From assembly GCA_963844715.1 (NCBI GenBank), contig CAWJPJ010000007.1:96001-160000 (forward strand): DNA of 64,000 nt, written 5' to 3'. Under the pieces are notes generated by a model. The model was not told the DNA's origin, searched no databases, and saw only the letters and a list, made by a program, of their open reading frames with translations. Within the stretch, counting starts at the first letter, position 1, and each line of letters begins with the position of its first letter. The DNA is from an uncultured Phycisphaerales bacterium. GTDB lineage: Bacteria; Planctomycetota; Phycisphaerae; Tepidisphaerales; Tepidisphaeraceae. The position numbers were made by a program, and so were the translations under genes. Below, in pieces: positions 39,780-51,846 of the stretch.

Positions 39780-40100
39780 ATTATGGACAAGCGGTGGAGA
39801 AGTTGCCTTTAACGGAGGATAAACTGTACGCGGGCGGACGCTCTTGCGACAACGTCGCGTCGATGAGGGCATGGGTCTCCACAGAGCACTTTTTTCCGAG
39901 TCAGTTCGCTGACCACTCACTCACATATTATCCACACCCAAGGTCCCATAAGAAACGTCGCATATTTATATCCTATAGCGATTTACGCGCCGGCGCAGTA
40001 AGTTATCCCCAAAATTGGCCGCGTTACTTCTATGACTACTATCCTTTAATATTTCCATATAAGAGAGATAGCGTTAGACTCCCGAGCGGCCAAATGGGGG
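39780..40100. other. Chromosomal replication origin oriC
   Basis: Perfect DnaA box TTATCCACA 39928-39936, 8/9 box 40003-40011, 7/9 boxes at 39782, 39793, 39814, 39875. GC tract then DnaA-trio run TACTTCTATGACTACTAT 40025-40042 and an AT-rich tract. Directly upstream of dnaN. Confidence 0.8.
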
Positions 40101-40119
40101 TCGGCAAGGAAGGGCCAAA

Positions 40120-41223
40120 ATGAAAGTTATCTGCAATCGCGGAGCGTTGTCCGATGCGTTGAGTCTGTGCGGCACGATTGTCGCGGCTCGAACGCCGAAA
40201 CCCATTCTGCAATGCGTGAAACTGGCGGCCGAAGAAAATGCGCTGACCATTTCCGCAACCGATCTGGAAGTGGCGATCCGATATCGCGACGAACAAGTGC
40301 AGGTCGAGCAAGCCGGACAAGCCGTCGTTCCGGCGGACAAGCTGCGCGACATCGTTCGCGAGAGCATCGATGACACACTTTCGATCGAAGTCTCGGGCGA
40401 CACAGCGGACATTCGCGGACAGGATTCGCATTTCAAAATCTACACTCAGAAGGCGTCAGAATTTCCGCAGGTGCCGGATTTTTCGGGCGAAGAGCAGATC
40501 ACGATTCCGGCCGGGGCGCTCAGGCAACTCGTCAATCAGACGCTCTTTGCCGCGGCGCGGGAAAGCACGCGGTACGCTTTCAACGGCGTGTTGACCGTGG
40601 CCAAGGGAAAGAAAATCTCGCTCATCTCGACGGACGGACGACGGCTGGCGATGGCCAAGGCGGATCTGGCAACCGACAAGCTCGACAAGGAAGGCCGAAA
40701 GGCAATCGTGCCGGCCAAGGCGCTGGCGGCGATCGACAAGGTTCTGGACGATCCGGCCGAAAGCGTCGGCATCCAGTTCGGCGAGAACCAGATTATTTTC
40801 CATACCTCGACGGCGACATTGACGAGCAATCTCGTCGAAGGGCAATTTCCGCCCTATGAGGATGTGATCCCCAAGGAGTCGGATCGGAAGATGACGGCTT
40901 CCACGGCGGATTTCCTCTCCGCGGTGCGCCGAGCGGCGCTTTTGACGACCGAGGAGAGCAAAGGCGTGCGATTGGCGTTCAGCAAGAAGGGACTGGTGCT
41001 GACCAGCCGCTCGCCCGGCAGCGGCGAGGCGACGATTAATTTCCCGTGCAAGTTCGAGGGCGCGGATATTGAGATCGGGTTCAATCCGCAGTTTGTGGCC
41101 GAGGCGCTCAAGGTTGTGAACAGCGACGAGATCAGCCTGGAGCTGACCGCTCCGAACCGCCCCGGGCTGCTGCGCGGGGGGCCGAATTTTCTGTACGTGA
41201 TCATGCCGGTCAATTTGCAGTAG
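40120..41223 (+). CDS. dnaN: DNA polymerase III beta sliding clamp
   Basis: PILQCV, ATDLE, EFP, RY..NGV, STDGRRLA, L.EG.FP.Y..VIP, IGFNP, YVIMPV. Confidence 0.97.
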   Translation: MKVICNRGALSDALSLCGTIVAARTPKPILQCVKLAAEENALTISATDLEVAIRYRDEQVQVEQAGQAVVPADKLRDIVRESIDDTLSIEVSGDTADIRGQDSHFKIYTQKASEFPQVPDFSGEEQITIPAGALRQLVNQTLFAAARESTRYAFNGVLTVAKGKKISLISTDGRRLAMAKADLATDKLDKEGRKAIVPAKALAAIDKVLDDPAESVGIQFGENQIIFHTSTATLTSNLVEGQFPPYEDVIPKESDRKMTASTADFLSAVRRAALLTTEESKGVRLAFSKKGLVLTSRSPGSGEATINFPCKFEGADIEIGFNPQFVAEALKVVNSDEISLELTAPNRPGLLRGGPNFLYVIMPVNLQ

Positions 41224-41244
41224 GCATTGCCAGGGAAGGCGCGC

Positions 41245-41652
41245 ATGTCGGGTCGATCGTTTACCGCTATTCGGGAATTGCGCCGGTTGACGCACGCGAA
41301 GAGCGTGCCGCCGGCGGCCCCCCAGGCGCTGGGCGAGCAGATGGTGGAGTTCTTCCGCAAATCGGTATCCAAAAGGCAGACGAAACTAGTGAAACTTGCC
41401 GAGGCGTGGGCGAATCTGGTGCCGGAAACGCTCAGCGATCATTGCGCGCTCGAGGGTTTTAGTCGGGGGACATTGACGGTTATGGTCGACAACTCCTCGC
41501 ACTTGTATGAGCTGAAGCAGGTTTTGCTTGCGGGGCTGGAGGAGCAGTTGCTGATTGCCTGCCGGGGGGCGGGATTGCAGAAGATTGCGCTGAAGCCGGG
41601 GAGATGGTACGACGGGGCGAGTCAGGCGGATGGGCGATTGCGATTCAGCTAG
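41245..41652 (+). CDS. DUF721/DciA-like helicase operator
   Basis: W...V...L..H......G.L.V.V.NS..L.EL pattern, directly after dnaN. Confidence 0.7.
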   Translation: MSGRSFTAIRELRRLTHAKSVPPAAPQALGEQMVEFFRKSVSKRQTKLVKLAEAWANLVPETLSDHCALEGFSRGTLTVMVDNSSHLYELKQVLLAGLEEQLLIACRGAGLQKIALKPGRWYDGASQADGRLRFS

Positions 41653-43623
41653 CGCACCACCGTTTCCACATCTGGCGATAAGCCGCTTCGATATCGCGCA
41701 AAACTTCTGGCATCGACGAGGGGGGATTCCGCGACGCGCTGGCGTAAGCCTGACCGAAGTTTGGCAAGCTCGTCGCGATTTGAGGCCATTTGAGCGGCGA
41801 GTTGCACGTACTGAGTTCGATCTTGAGCGATCAGTTGCGGCAGGCCGACGTTGGAGAGAAGACTGACGCCGACGCGTCCGGCGTGCGTGGTGCCGGCCAG
41901 GACAATCACGGGGACGGACATCCAAAGAGCCTCGCACGTCGTCGTCGTGCCGTTGTAGGGGAATGGATCGAGGGCGATATCAACCTGATCGTAGAGACGT
42001 AGATGATCCGAGAGCGACGGGATTTTGCCGTGAAGGATCAGGCGGTCTGGTCCGATTCCGTGCGCGGCGAAGCGGGCCAGCATTTGACGGCGCGAGAAAT
42101 CGTCGGAGAGGCCATGGCTTTTTAGCATCAGGCGGCTGCCGGGAACGGCGCGCAAAATCTCCGACCAGGTTTCGACGACCAACGAGTTGATCTTGGGGAG
42201 ATAGTTGAATGAGCCGAAGGTGATCGGGGATCGGGTGTTCGCGGGGGAGGGAGTCGTTTGCGACGGCGTATAGCATACGAAGCATTTTGGAAGCCGGAAT
42301 AATTTTTCACTGTAAAAAGGATCGGCGGTTGTCTGGGGATCGGCGTAAGCGTCGGTGAGGCGCCAGTCGATTGTCGATAATCCCGTGGTGCCGGGATAGC
42401 CGAGGTAGGTCACCTGCGCCGGGGCGGGCTTGCGCAAACGCGAGGAGCCGATTTTCCCCCGTGTGCCCGGCCAGATCGATCAGGATGTCGATCCGGTCTT
42501 GCCGGATGATTTCGGCGGCTCGCTCGTCGGATTCGCCTATGAGGGACCGCCACTCATGGGACGCGTCGCGCAGTCTCTGTGTCATGGCGTCGGGGCGGGG
42601 AACGTCGGCGTAGCAATAAATTTCGACCTGTCCTGGATCGTGATTCGCGAATAGGCCGGTGAGGAAATACGCCACGGAATGCTCGCGGAAATCGGGCGAG
42701 ACGTAGCCTATGCGAAGGCGGCGGTTGGGATCGCGATCATTGGGGTGGGGTTTCGCTTCACGGGCGAGATGGGCTGCGTGGAGGCGGTTCCACTGGGCAT
42801 GTTCCCTGTAAATCGCCGCGGCGTCGTAGTTTGGATGGGCGTGCAGCGAGAGCAGGAGATTGTCGTTGGCCTGCACGAGATCGGGCTTGAGTTTGAGGGC
42901 CTGCCGATAGGCTTCGATGGCCTGGTCCAGCTCATCGCATTCCTTGAGAAGATTTCCCAGGTTGGTGTACGCGCCGGGGAAATCGGGGCGCAACCTCAGA
43001 GCGATTCTGTACTGCTCGATCGCTTGCTCGGTTTGGCCTCGGGACTGAAAGCACAGGCCAAGGTTGTTATGGGGATCGGCGTAGGCGGGATTGAGCGCGA
43101 TCGATTTTTCCAGCGCGTCGATGGCGTTTTGCGTCTGGCCGAGAGAGGCGTAGGTCACGCCGAGAAAATTGTGAGTCTCGGGTCTATCGGTGGCGAGTTG
43201 AAGCGCTTTGTGAAAAGCTTCCAACGCTTGCGGCAGCTCTCCCCGATGGCGCAATTGCTCGCCGGTCTCCTCGAAAAGAGTGACGAGATTGAATCTGGCG
43301 TCGCGATGATCGGGCTTGAGTTTCAGCGCGGAGGAAAGCGCCTCCTGTGCCGCGGCCGCATCTCCGGATTGCGCCAGGGCGATGCCCAGATTGGAAAGGA
43401 TGTCGGCGGATTTGGCGCGATGCGCCGCCGCCTGGCGGAGGAGCGGCAGCGCTTCGCTCGTCCGCCCCGTTTGCGAAAGCAGGACGCCCAGGAGATGCAG
43501 GGCGTCGACCTGATTGGGAATCCGCGCCAGGACTGATCGATACCCCGATTCCGCTTCGGGCAGACGGCCGGATTGATGAAGCCGCACGGATTGCCCGAGG
43601 ATTTGCTCGATGGGCTGGGTCAT
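41645..43623 (-). CDS. TPR + GT41 SPINDLY-like protein O-glycosyltransferase 1 (frameshifts near 42435 and 41697)
   Basis: TPRs, RIGYVSPDFREHSV, IDILIDLAGHT, PAP.QV.YLGYP.TTG, FGSFN...KI, LDPFPYNGTTTTCEALWM.VPV. Confidence 0.88.
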
Positions 43624-45694
43624 GAGGGTTTTGTGCACCACTGACGCCACATCTGGCGATAGGCGGCCTCGACGTTTCGCGCGAATTTGCGGCTGTCCAT
43701 CAGCGGCGACTGCTGCATTCTTTGGCGAAGCGATGCGCGAAATTCGTCAGCCGCGGCAGATCACTGGCCAATCCAGTTGCGATCTCGACAAACTGTGAAT
43801 CGTCCCGCGCGATCAGATCGACCAGGCCGAGATTCGTCAGTTGGCTGAGCCCCGTGCGCCCGACCACGGTTTTTCCGACCAGCGTTACGACCGGGACGCC
43901 CATCCATAACGAATCGAGGCTCGTCATGTGCCCATTGTACGGGACGGTGTCGAGCATGATGTCGAATTGGTTATACGTCTGGAGATACTCCAGCCGCGGC
44001 TGACGATCGAGGAATTGGATGCGTTGCGGATCGATGCGGAGGCGATCGATCGCCCACCGGCGCGGGGAACCCGCCGGAAGACGCAGAATCAGCCGCGAAG
44101 TCGGCACTGCGTGGAGAACCCTTGACCAGAGCGAAAAAACGCCGTCGTTCAATTTGCAGACGTTGTTCAAACACCCGAATGTCACGAGCCCATTCCGCGA
44201 AGCCGACGGTGCTTGCACCGGCGGACCCTCGCTCAGCGGATCGTAACACCAAAAACTGTCCGGCAGACGCACAGATCGCTCGCTGTAGAGCGCATCATTC
44301 TGTCCTGGCGGATCAAGGTGCGGGTCGGTGATTCGATAGTCGATGGTCCCCAGCCCGGTCGTGCACGGCGACGCGATCCACGCGACTTGCACGGGCGCCG
44401 GCTTTCGCGCGAACATCGGCAGCCGGTTGTCCCCCGTGTGCATGGAAAGATCGACGAGCAGATCGATCTTGTCGGCGTAAATCCGCTCGGCCAGCGCTTC
44501 GTTCGACTCAGTGATGCAATCGATCCAATGATCGGCGCAGGGGCGAAGCCGTTCGGTTACGGCATCCGGTTTCTTCACGCTGGAATAGCAGTAGATTTCC
44601 AAAGTCGAATGATCGTGATGCTCGAGAAGCGGGACTAGGCAAAAGGCGGTGGCATGCTGACGAAAATCGGGCGAAACATAGCCGAGTTTGATGCGACGGT
44701 TGGGGTCGCGATCGTTGGAGTGCCGCGGAATGAATGGCCGCAGCGGCTGCCCGTGACGGATGTCCCATTGGCGGTGGGCATCAAGGATTTCCTCGATTCC
44801 GGCGGCGGGGTCGTACCATAACGTGAACGCCAAATTGCTCGATGCGTTGGAATTCTCAGGATTGATCTTGATCGCGCGCCGAAACGAAGCGACGGCGTCG
44901 GAGACCCTTCCGAAATTTTTGAGCGCGATTCCAAGCGAGGTTTCGACCACATCGGGCGCTTCGGTGTGATTGGCCAGCGCTCGCCGATAAAAATCGATCG
45001 CCTCTTCCAGGCTCCCGCGTGATTCGAGCGCGCGGCGAGGCCGACCATGGCCTGGGCGTAGTCGGGCTTCAGATCGATCGCCTTTCGAAACGCGTCGATC
45101 GCGGGGTCGAGTTGATCGGCGTCCTTGAGGGCATTGGCGAGGTTGTTGTACGCCCCCGCAAAATTCGGCCGCAGGCGGATGGCGGTTTGGAATTGCTCGA
45201 TTGCCGCCGCGCCTTCAAGGCATAGGCCCAGGTTATTGTGCGCATCGGCATAGTCGGGTTTCAGAGAAATGGATTTTTCGAAGCAGCGGGTTGCGTTTTG
45301 TTTCTCGCCCAGCGCAGGCGTAAGCGACTCCGAGCAGGGTGTGAATTTCCGGGCGGGACGGGTCGAGCTCCGCGGCTTCCTTGAAAGCGGCCAGCGCATC
45401 GGCAGCTTTTCCCTGCCGGCGAAATTGTTCTCCCGCTTGCACCAGAAAGTTGAGCAAATTGCCGCGGACGTCCGCCGAATCGGGTTGGAGCAGCCGGGCC
45501 TGGCGAAGCAAGGGAAGAGCTTCGCGGACGCGGGAGGTTTGCCAGAACAAAACACCCAGGAGATGAACGGCGTCGGGCTGATTTGGGTTTTGGGCGAGGA
45601 TCGATCGATAGATCGGCTCGGCTTCAGCGAGACGGCCGGATTGATGCAATTGCAGGGCCTGCTGCAACGTGGATTGGATCGCGTCGGGAGGCAT
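43620..45694 (-). CDS. TPR + GT41 SPINDLY-like protein O-glycosyltransferase 2 (several frameshifts)
   Basis: Starts MPPDAIQS. TPR fragments in three frames, GYVSPDFRQH, FARKPAPVQ, FGCLNN..K, PYNGHMTSLD.LWMGVP. ATGA overlap with the next gene. Confidence 0.85.
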
Positions 45695-45796
45695 CGGTTT
45701 GACGAATGAATCATAGTGGAAGGGGCGGAAAATGTCCGGCACTTGCGACCACCCGGTTTTGGCTTGGAGAACGATTCCCAATAGGATACTGGGCGA

Positions 45797-47696
45797 ATGT
45801 GCGGATTTGCAGGAGTCGTAACGTGGGATGATCGGTTTCGGATGTCGAGGCAGACGCTTGCCCGCATGGGGGAGGCCGTCGCCCACCGCGGCCCGGACGG
45901 GCAGGACCTCTGGATCAATCACGAAGGGATGCCCACGCAGGACCGCCCGCAATGCGCGCTGGCGTTTCGGCGGCTGGCCATTCTGGATCCGGACCCGCGC
46001 TCGATGCAGCCGATGACCGACGGCCGCCGCTGGCTCGTCTTCAACGGGGAAATCTATAACTTCAGGGAGTTGCGAAACCGCCTGGACGGGATCGAAGCGT
46101 ACCCGTGGAAAACCGCGGGCGATGCGGAAACGCTCTTGCGCGCCTATGCGCTGCATGGGGAAAAATGCCTGGAATTGCTGAACGGCATGTTCGCGTTTGT
46201 GGTCTGGGACGAGGTGGACGGGACGCTTTTTATGGCGCGGGACCGGATGGGGCAAAAGCCGCTTTATTTCACGTTCGCGCCGGGGCGGCGGGCCGTGGCG
46301 TTTGCCAGCGAGCTGTCGGCGCTGCGGGTTCTGAACTGGCCCGATTTTTCGATCGATTCGACGGCGCTTTCCCAATATTTTCGCCTCGGTTACATCCCCG
46401 CGCCGGCGACGATTTACCAGGGCGTCGCCAAACTTCCGGCCGGAAATTGTCTGATGAGCCCGACGGCGAAGGTGCCGGCGGCGCGGGTTTATTTCGATCC
46501 CAACGGCGACAACGAAGCGGGCGACCCGACTTTGCTCCAGCCGCCAAGCGTCGGCGCAGTGCGCGACGGCGTTATCGCGGCGGTGCGCCGGCAGATGATT
46601 TCGGATGTGCCGATCGGTTGTTGGCTCTCGGGCGGGATGGACAGCAGCATCATCGCGGCGACCATGAAAAAGGCCTTGGACCCGGGGCAAAAGCTCAAGA
46701 CCTTTACCATCGGGTTCGACGATCCGCGCTACGACGAAACGAAATTTGCCGCCGAAGTCGCCAGGCATTTGGGGACGGAACATCTGGAATTCACGGTTCG
46801 TCCGGAATTGGCCGAGGATTTGCCGAAGTTGGCGGCCGCTTTCGGCGAACCGTTCGCCGATTCGTCGGCGCTTCCGACTCATTATCTTGCGAGGCAGACC
46901 GCCCAGCATGTGAAGGTTGTGCTCGGGGGCGACGGCGGGGACGAATTGTTCGGGGGATACGATCGGTATCGAGCCATTCGATATGAAATGCCCGTTCTGA
47001 TTCGTCCGCTTCTGCGCGGCCTGGCTTCCGTGGCGCCCGGGCGGCATCCGAAGTCCTTCGGGGCGCGCTTCAAGCGGTTTGCCGCCGTGATGAACATGCC
47101 GCCGCATCGGCGTTATGCGGAGTATCTGGGACTGTTCGAATTAAACATCGTCGCCTGGCTGCAAGACCCGTCGCACAACTTCGGGGTGCGCAGACCTGAT
47201 CGCGGAAACTTACCAAAGGCTTCTCGATCCCCGGGACGTGGTGCAAGCCGCTGTGGCGACGGATCGTCTGACTTATCTTCCTGAGGATTTGCTCACTAAG
47301 GTTGATCGCGCGTCGATGATGCACGGATTGGAAGTGCGCAGCCCATTCATGGATCATCAGTTGGTCCATCTGGCGGCGGGGATGCTCGGGGGGCAACTCG
47401 TTCGCGGCGGGCGCAAGCAAATGCTGCGGAAGGCGTTTGCAGGGGACCTGCCGGCGACAGTTTTCAAACGGCGTAAGATGGGGTTCGCGTTGCCGCTGGG
47501 GGATTGGCTTCGCCATTCGCTGCGTCCGATGATGACCGATTTGCTCACTTCCAAAGATTCATTCGCGGTAAACAATTTGAACGTACCGTACGTGACTCAA
47601 TTGATGGAAGAGCACCAGCGAGGCGATACCGACCGGTCGCAGCGGTTGTATAGCCTGATGATGCTGGAAGCATGGTGGCGGCAGCAAAGGCGGTAA
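45797..47696 (+). CDS. asnB: Asparagine synthase (glutamine-hydrolysing) family amidotransferase (frameshift near 47190)
   Basis: MCG, HRGPD, RL.I.D, FNGEIYN, RDR.G.KPL, LSGG.DSS, GDGGDELF.GY, KVDRASM...LEVRSPF. Confidence 0.92.
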
Positions 47697-47854
47697 ATTC
47701 CGCCACCGCGACCGAGCGATCGTGCCGGACGGGCCAGAAATGCGGTTGGGTGGGACAAGATTTCACTTGGCGGGCTGCTCAACCGATGTTATAGTTTGGC
47801 GGTAGCAAAATTCGTACCATAATTTTGGCGTTTAGTTATAAGTAGATATCCATT

Positions 47855-49381
47855 ATGCAGTTAACGCAATCAACTTCGATGCGTCAGGAGATGCGCCAAC
47901 TCCTGACCCCCCGCATGATCCAGAGTATGGAGATCCTTCAGCTTCCACTGATGGCTTTGGAGGAGCGGATCGACCAGGAAATGGAAAATAACCCGGTTTT
48001 GGAGGTCCGCGACGGGGATCAGGACGCCCCCGACACCAGCGAGCCAATGCCGGTACTTGAGGACCATACCGGGCGGCAGGAAGACCGGTCGGAAGACGAG
48101 CGGGCCCTGGTGGTGAAGGAGAATTCCGGCCAGTCCGAGGATTTCGACCGCCTGACCAAAATCAGCGAGTATTTGGAAAACGAGGAGTTTTCGACCAACG
48201 ACAGCCATTACCGCCCTGCCGCCTATGACGGAGAGCGCGACAAGAAGATGGACGCGATGAACAATACCGCGGCCCGGGGGGTGACGCTGACGGAATATTT
48301 GATGTCGCAATGGGCGTTCGTCGAGTGTCCCCCACAGATTCGCAAGGCGGGCGAGGCGATCATCAACAACATCGACGCCGAGGGGTATCTGCGGGTCAAG
48401 CTGGAGGATGTGCAGAAGGATTCCAAGATTCCGCTTTCAATCAATGATTTGCAGGAGGCGCTGCGGTTGGTTCAGACAATGGAGCCGACCGGCGTTGGGG
48501 CGCGCAGTCTTCAGGAGTGCCTGCTGTTGCAATTGACGGCGATTGAGGAAGACCCCGACCAGGCCGAGGGACATGATTTCGTCCTCGAGCGGTCGCTGAT
48601 CACGGAGCATCTGAAAGACCTGGAGATGAACCGGTATCCGCAGATCAGCCGCAAGCTGGGGAAACCGATCGACGAGATTCAGAGAGCCGTGCGCAGATTC
48701 GCGCGCCTTAATCCCCACCCCGGCAAGCAGATCGGCGGGGATGACTCGCCGCTGATCATTCCCGACGCAGTCGTCTATTACGACGAAGATACGGACACCT
48801 ATAAAATCGACATGACTCACGATCCGGCGCCGAATCTGTACATCAGCGGAATGTACAGAAAAATGCTCAAGGATCGGACGCAGGACAAGAAGACCCGCGA
48901 GTTCCTCTCCAACAACGTCCGCAACGCCCGCTGGCTGATCGAAAGCATCGAGCAGCGGCGAAGCACGATCATGCGGGTCATCCGCGCGGTTGTGGATGCG
49001 CAGCGCGATTTCTTCGACAAAGGCCCGGAATTTTTGAGACCGCTTCCGATGATTCAGGTGGCGGATCAGCTCGGCATTCACGTCGCCACGGTGTCGCGGG
49101 CGGTTTCGGAGAAATGGATTCAAACCCCGCGCGGCGTCTTCCCGCTGCGGCGATTCTTCTCCGGCGGCACAACCAGCTCCGAAGGCCAGGACATGAGTTG
49201 GGACGCCGTTAAGGAAAAATTGAAAACCATCATCGGCGACGAAGACCAGCACAATCCTCTGAACGACGATGAGATCGTCGAAAAGCTTAAAGTGATGGGC
49301 ATCGATCTGGCCCGCCGCACCGTCGCCAAATATCGAAAAATTCTCAACATCGCCACCGCCCGGCAGCGGCGCACGTTCTGA
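47855..49381 (+). CDS. rpoN: RNA polymerase sigma-54 factor
   Basis: Q/L-rich region I, ENNPVLE, P.GVGAR.L.ECL, H..TVSRA, RpoN box ARRTVAKYR. Confidence 0.97.
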   Translation: MQLTQSTSMRQEMRQLLTPRMIQSMEILQLPLMALEERIDQEMENNPVLEVRDGDQDAPDTSEPMPVLEDHTGRQEDRSEDERALVVKENSGQSEDFDRLTKISEYLENEEFSTNDSHYRPAAYDGERDKKMDAMNNTAARGVTLTEYLMSQWAFVECPPQIRKAGEAIINNIDAEGYLRVKLEDVQKDSKIPLSINDLQEALRLVQTMEPTGVGARSLQECLLLQLTAIEEDPDQAEGHDFVLERSLITEHLKDLEMNRYPQISRKLGKPIDEIQRAVRRFARLNPHPGKQIGGDDSPLIIPDAVVYYDEDTDTYKIDMTHDPAPNLYISGMYRKMLKDRTQDKKTREFLSNNVRNARWLIESIEQRRSTIMRVIRAVVDAQRDFFDKGPEFLRPLPMIQVADQLGIHVATVSRAVSEKWIQTPRGVFPLRRFFSGGTTSSEGQDMSWDAVKEKLKTIIGDEDQHNPLNDDEIVEKLKVMGIDLARRTVAKYRKILNIATARQRRTF

Positions 49382-49485
49382 GCCAATTCAGGGCGCTTCC
49401 TGATCATCATCGGGTTTTAAACTCCAAGATCGCTCCCCCCATTGGAAGGGGACGAGCGTAACGAAAATAAAGATCGAACATCCAG

Positions 49486-51257
49486 CTAGGGTTTCGTCGG
49501 CAACCGGTAGTTGATGACAATCAACTGCGAGCCGCCGGCCGGGATGGAGTCGTCGCGGAAGATTTGGATTTGCCCCTTATAAAGCGTGTGGGCAAGCGTG
49601 GGGGGATCGAGGGAAATGAGAGTGGCATTCGGGGGAAGTCGAATCAGATCGATTCGGTGAACGGGCACTTCCATGCCGCGGTGAGGGTTAAATTCGTATG
49701 CGAATGAGCCATCGGGGAGGTTTCGGACGATGCCAGTGATGGTTCCAATGGCAAGCTCTCTGCCGACGTCGCCGGGCCCGATCGGTTCGTTAAGCGTGCA
49801 GTTATATGTGACGTGCCTTCCACTGGGCGTGGGGGTGAACCGGATCGGCCGGTTTCGGTCATCGTAGATTTTCTGGAAGTGGACCATCTCGTCGTCCAGG
49901 AATGAAAACTGCGTGATCGGATGGGCGCCATCGTTGGCGTTCTGAAGCACGGCCCAGAACCGCAAAACGCCGTCCGGCTGAATGTCGCCGATGAAAATCT
50001 GTGTGAGTTCGACCGGCTCGACCGTGATATTTTCAGAAACAGACGCGAGGGTTTTGCCGGCGGCGTCGCTCGCAGCGAGCGTGATCAAATAATCGCCCGG
50101 AGAAGTCAGGTAGGCGTCGAGCGGCTGTGAAACCGCAGGCGCCGGAAGGTGCAAAGTCGTGGCTGCGCTTGACGCGTCCTGTGGGGCGATGGAGATTGAA
50201 TAGCCGGCAAGTTTGGCGGCCCACGACGGGTCGGGCTGCCACCGCGCTTCAGGATACTCCTCGGCGAGGCAGGTTATCGAAGCTGTGGGCTCCTGGCTTA
50301 TTGACAGCTTTAAATCGATGGGGATCCGCAGGCGACAATTAACGAGTTCGAGAAACGGGCTGTCGTATGCGCTGGGAACGGCATCCTCGGCAGGCGCGGC
50401 TTCGCCGGCGCGGGAGGCTGGACCTGAGCGGCCGCGGGGAGGGGTGCGGCCGATCCGTCCGCCAAAGCGCGATTGATAGCCAAAGCGCCCCCGCCCAGAG
50501 CGGCGGCCACAACGGCGACAGCCGCGATAGCGGAGGCGGTCTTGATCTGAGTCCAGAGCATCAGGTGAATCGCTCCTTTGGCCAGCGAGATGTGCGAGGC
50601 AGAGGCGCTTCCTGATGCGCTCAGCGAAGAATTAACCAGCGCTGCGGGGGCGGCTTTGGCGGATTCCTGGGTCAGGGCTGCGGCGAGAACCGCCGCCGAG
50701 AGAGTTACGCCGCGGCGCTGGAAGATATTTCGCAATTTGATCAGGGACCGCGAGACGATTTTTTGGGCGGCGTCGACGGACACGCCAAGCGCCTGCGCGA
50801 CATCCTCCATCGGTTTGTCCTGAAGAAAGCGCAGCGCCAGGGCGGTCGATCTGCGCTGGCGAAGATGAGAGAGGGCTTCGTCCAGGCAGTCGGAAACCTC
50901 GCCATGAGATTCTTCCCGCCCTTCGTCAGACTTTTGAGAGAGCATGGCGGCCTCCTTCTCGTAGCGCAGGCGCCGGGTCTGTTTCTTGATCGCATCCAAA
51001 ACGCAGTAGCGGGTAGCGCGAAGAAGCCACGCGGCAAGGCGGTCAGCGCGAGCCGACGAGGCGCGGCGGGATAGAACGATGAAGACGGCCTGGGCAACGT
51101 CGTCGGCAAGGTGAGAGTCCCGTACTTGCCGTAGTGCGGCGGCGTAGACCAGGTTCGAATAGCGGGAGACGATTTCCGAAAACGCGGTTTGCGACCCATC
51201 GCGCACGTATCGAGCAAGCAACTCAGCGTCGGAAATTCGCGGAGAGGCGATGTTCAT
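49486..51257 (-). CDS. ECF sigma factor with fused TM and extracytoplasmic C-terminal domain (frameshift near 50400-50460)
   Basis: D.ELL.RY...S..AF...V.RY...VY..A.RQ, A.DV.QAVF..L, L..WL, region 4, TM. Manual reading links it to ORF 49486..50154. Confidence 0.8.
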
Positions 51258-51354
51258 GGGCGGAAACTCCCGTCTTTCATGATTATCATGGACGGGAGAA
51301 GAAGATTTCCGCCAAAAATCGGCAAAAACTGGTTTTGCTAATCGGGGTGATTCT

Positions 51355-51846
51355 TCAGCTTTCCTGCACTTGCTCGGGTTCCAGGGTCTTGAGCTTGGTC
51401 AGGAAGCCCTTGAGGGTGTCGTTGGACGTCCGGCTGGTGAGTTCGACGATCTGGTCGTCGCTCAACCCGCGCAAACGCATGAGAATCAGGGACGTTTCCC
51501 AGGCGGATTCCGGCTTGAGCTCGATCGGCTGCATAACCTGCGGGTCGCGGTTGGTCTTGAAATCCTGCTCCTGCTGGTTGTGGAAATATTCCCGAGCCCA
51601 TTCGAGGAGTTGGCTGACGACGAACTCGTCTTGGCTCGCAAAATCGAGCAGTTCGATCAGTTGCCCGCCGGCGTTGAAATTGAGCTTCATGCTCTTGATC
51701 AATTCATAGGAATGGGTGGGGAAATTCCGCATGAAGACAAAGGCTTCACCGGCGCCGACGAAGCGGTCGCGGTGAGCCGTCATCATGACGACCGGCTGGC
51801 CGCGCTGATAGAAATAGCTTCCCTGATAGCAGCGAATAAGCGACAT
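51355..51846 (-). CDS. Hypothetical protein
   Basis: 163-aa ORF with host-like codon use and GAGGAG RBS. Confidence 0.7.
   Translation of the reverse strand: MSLIRCYQGSYFYQRGQPVVMMTAHRDRFVGAGEAFVFMRNFPTHSYELIKSMKLNFNAGGQLIELLDFASQDEFVVSQLLEWAREYFHNQQEQDFKTNRDPQVMQPIELKPESAWETSLILMRLRGLSDDQIVELTSRTSNDTLKGFLTKLKTLEPEQVQES

Noticed and set aside
37380..39920. 846-aa DinG with a long N-terminal extension
   Set aside because: A frameshift in the upstream HEXXH gene reads into the DinG frame, and the ORF start lies inside oriC.
45233..47107. 624-aa minus-strand ORF
   Set aside because: Mostly the antisense shadow of asnB. Only the part from 45694 is the real TPR-GT41 start.
47760..47850. Sigma54 promoter upstream of rpoN
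   Set aside because: None of the TGGC sites has GC at the -12 position.
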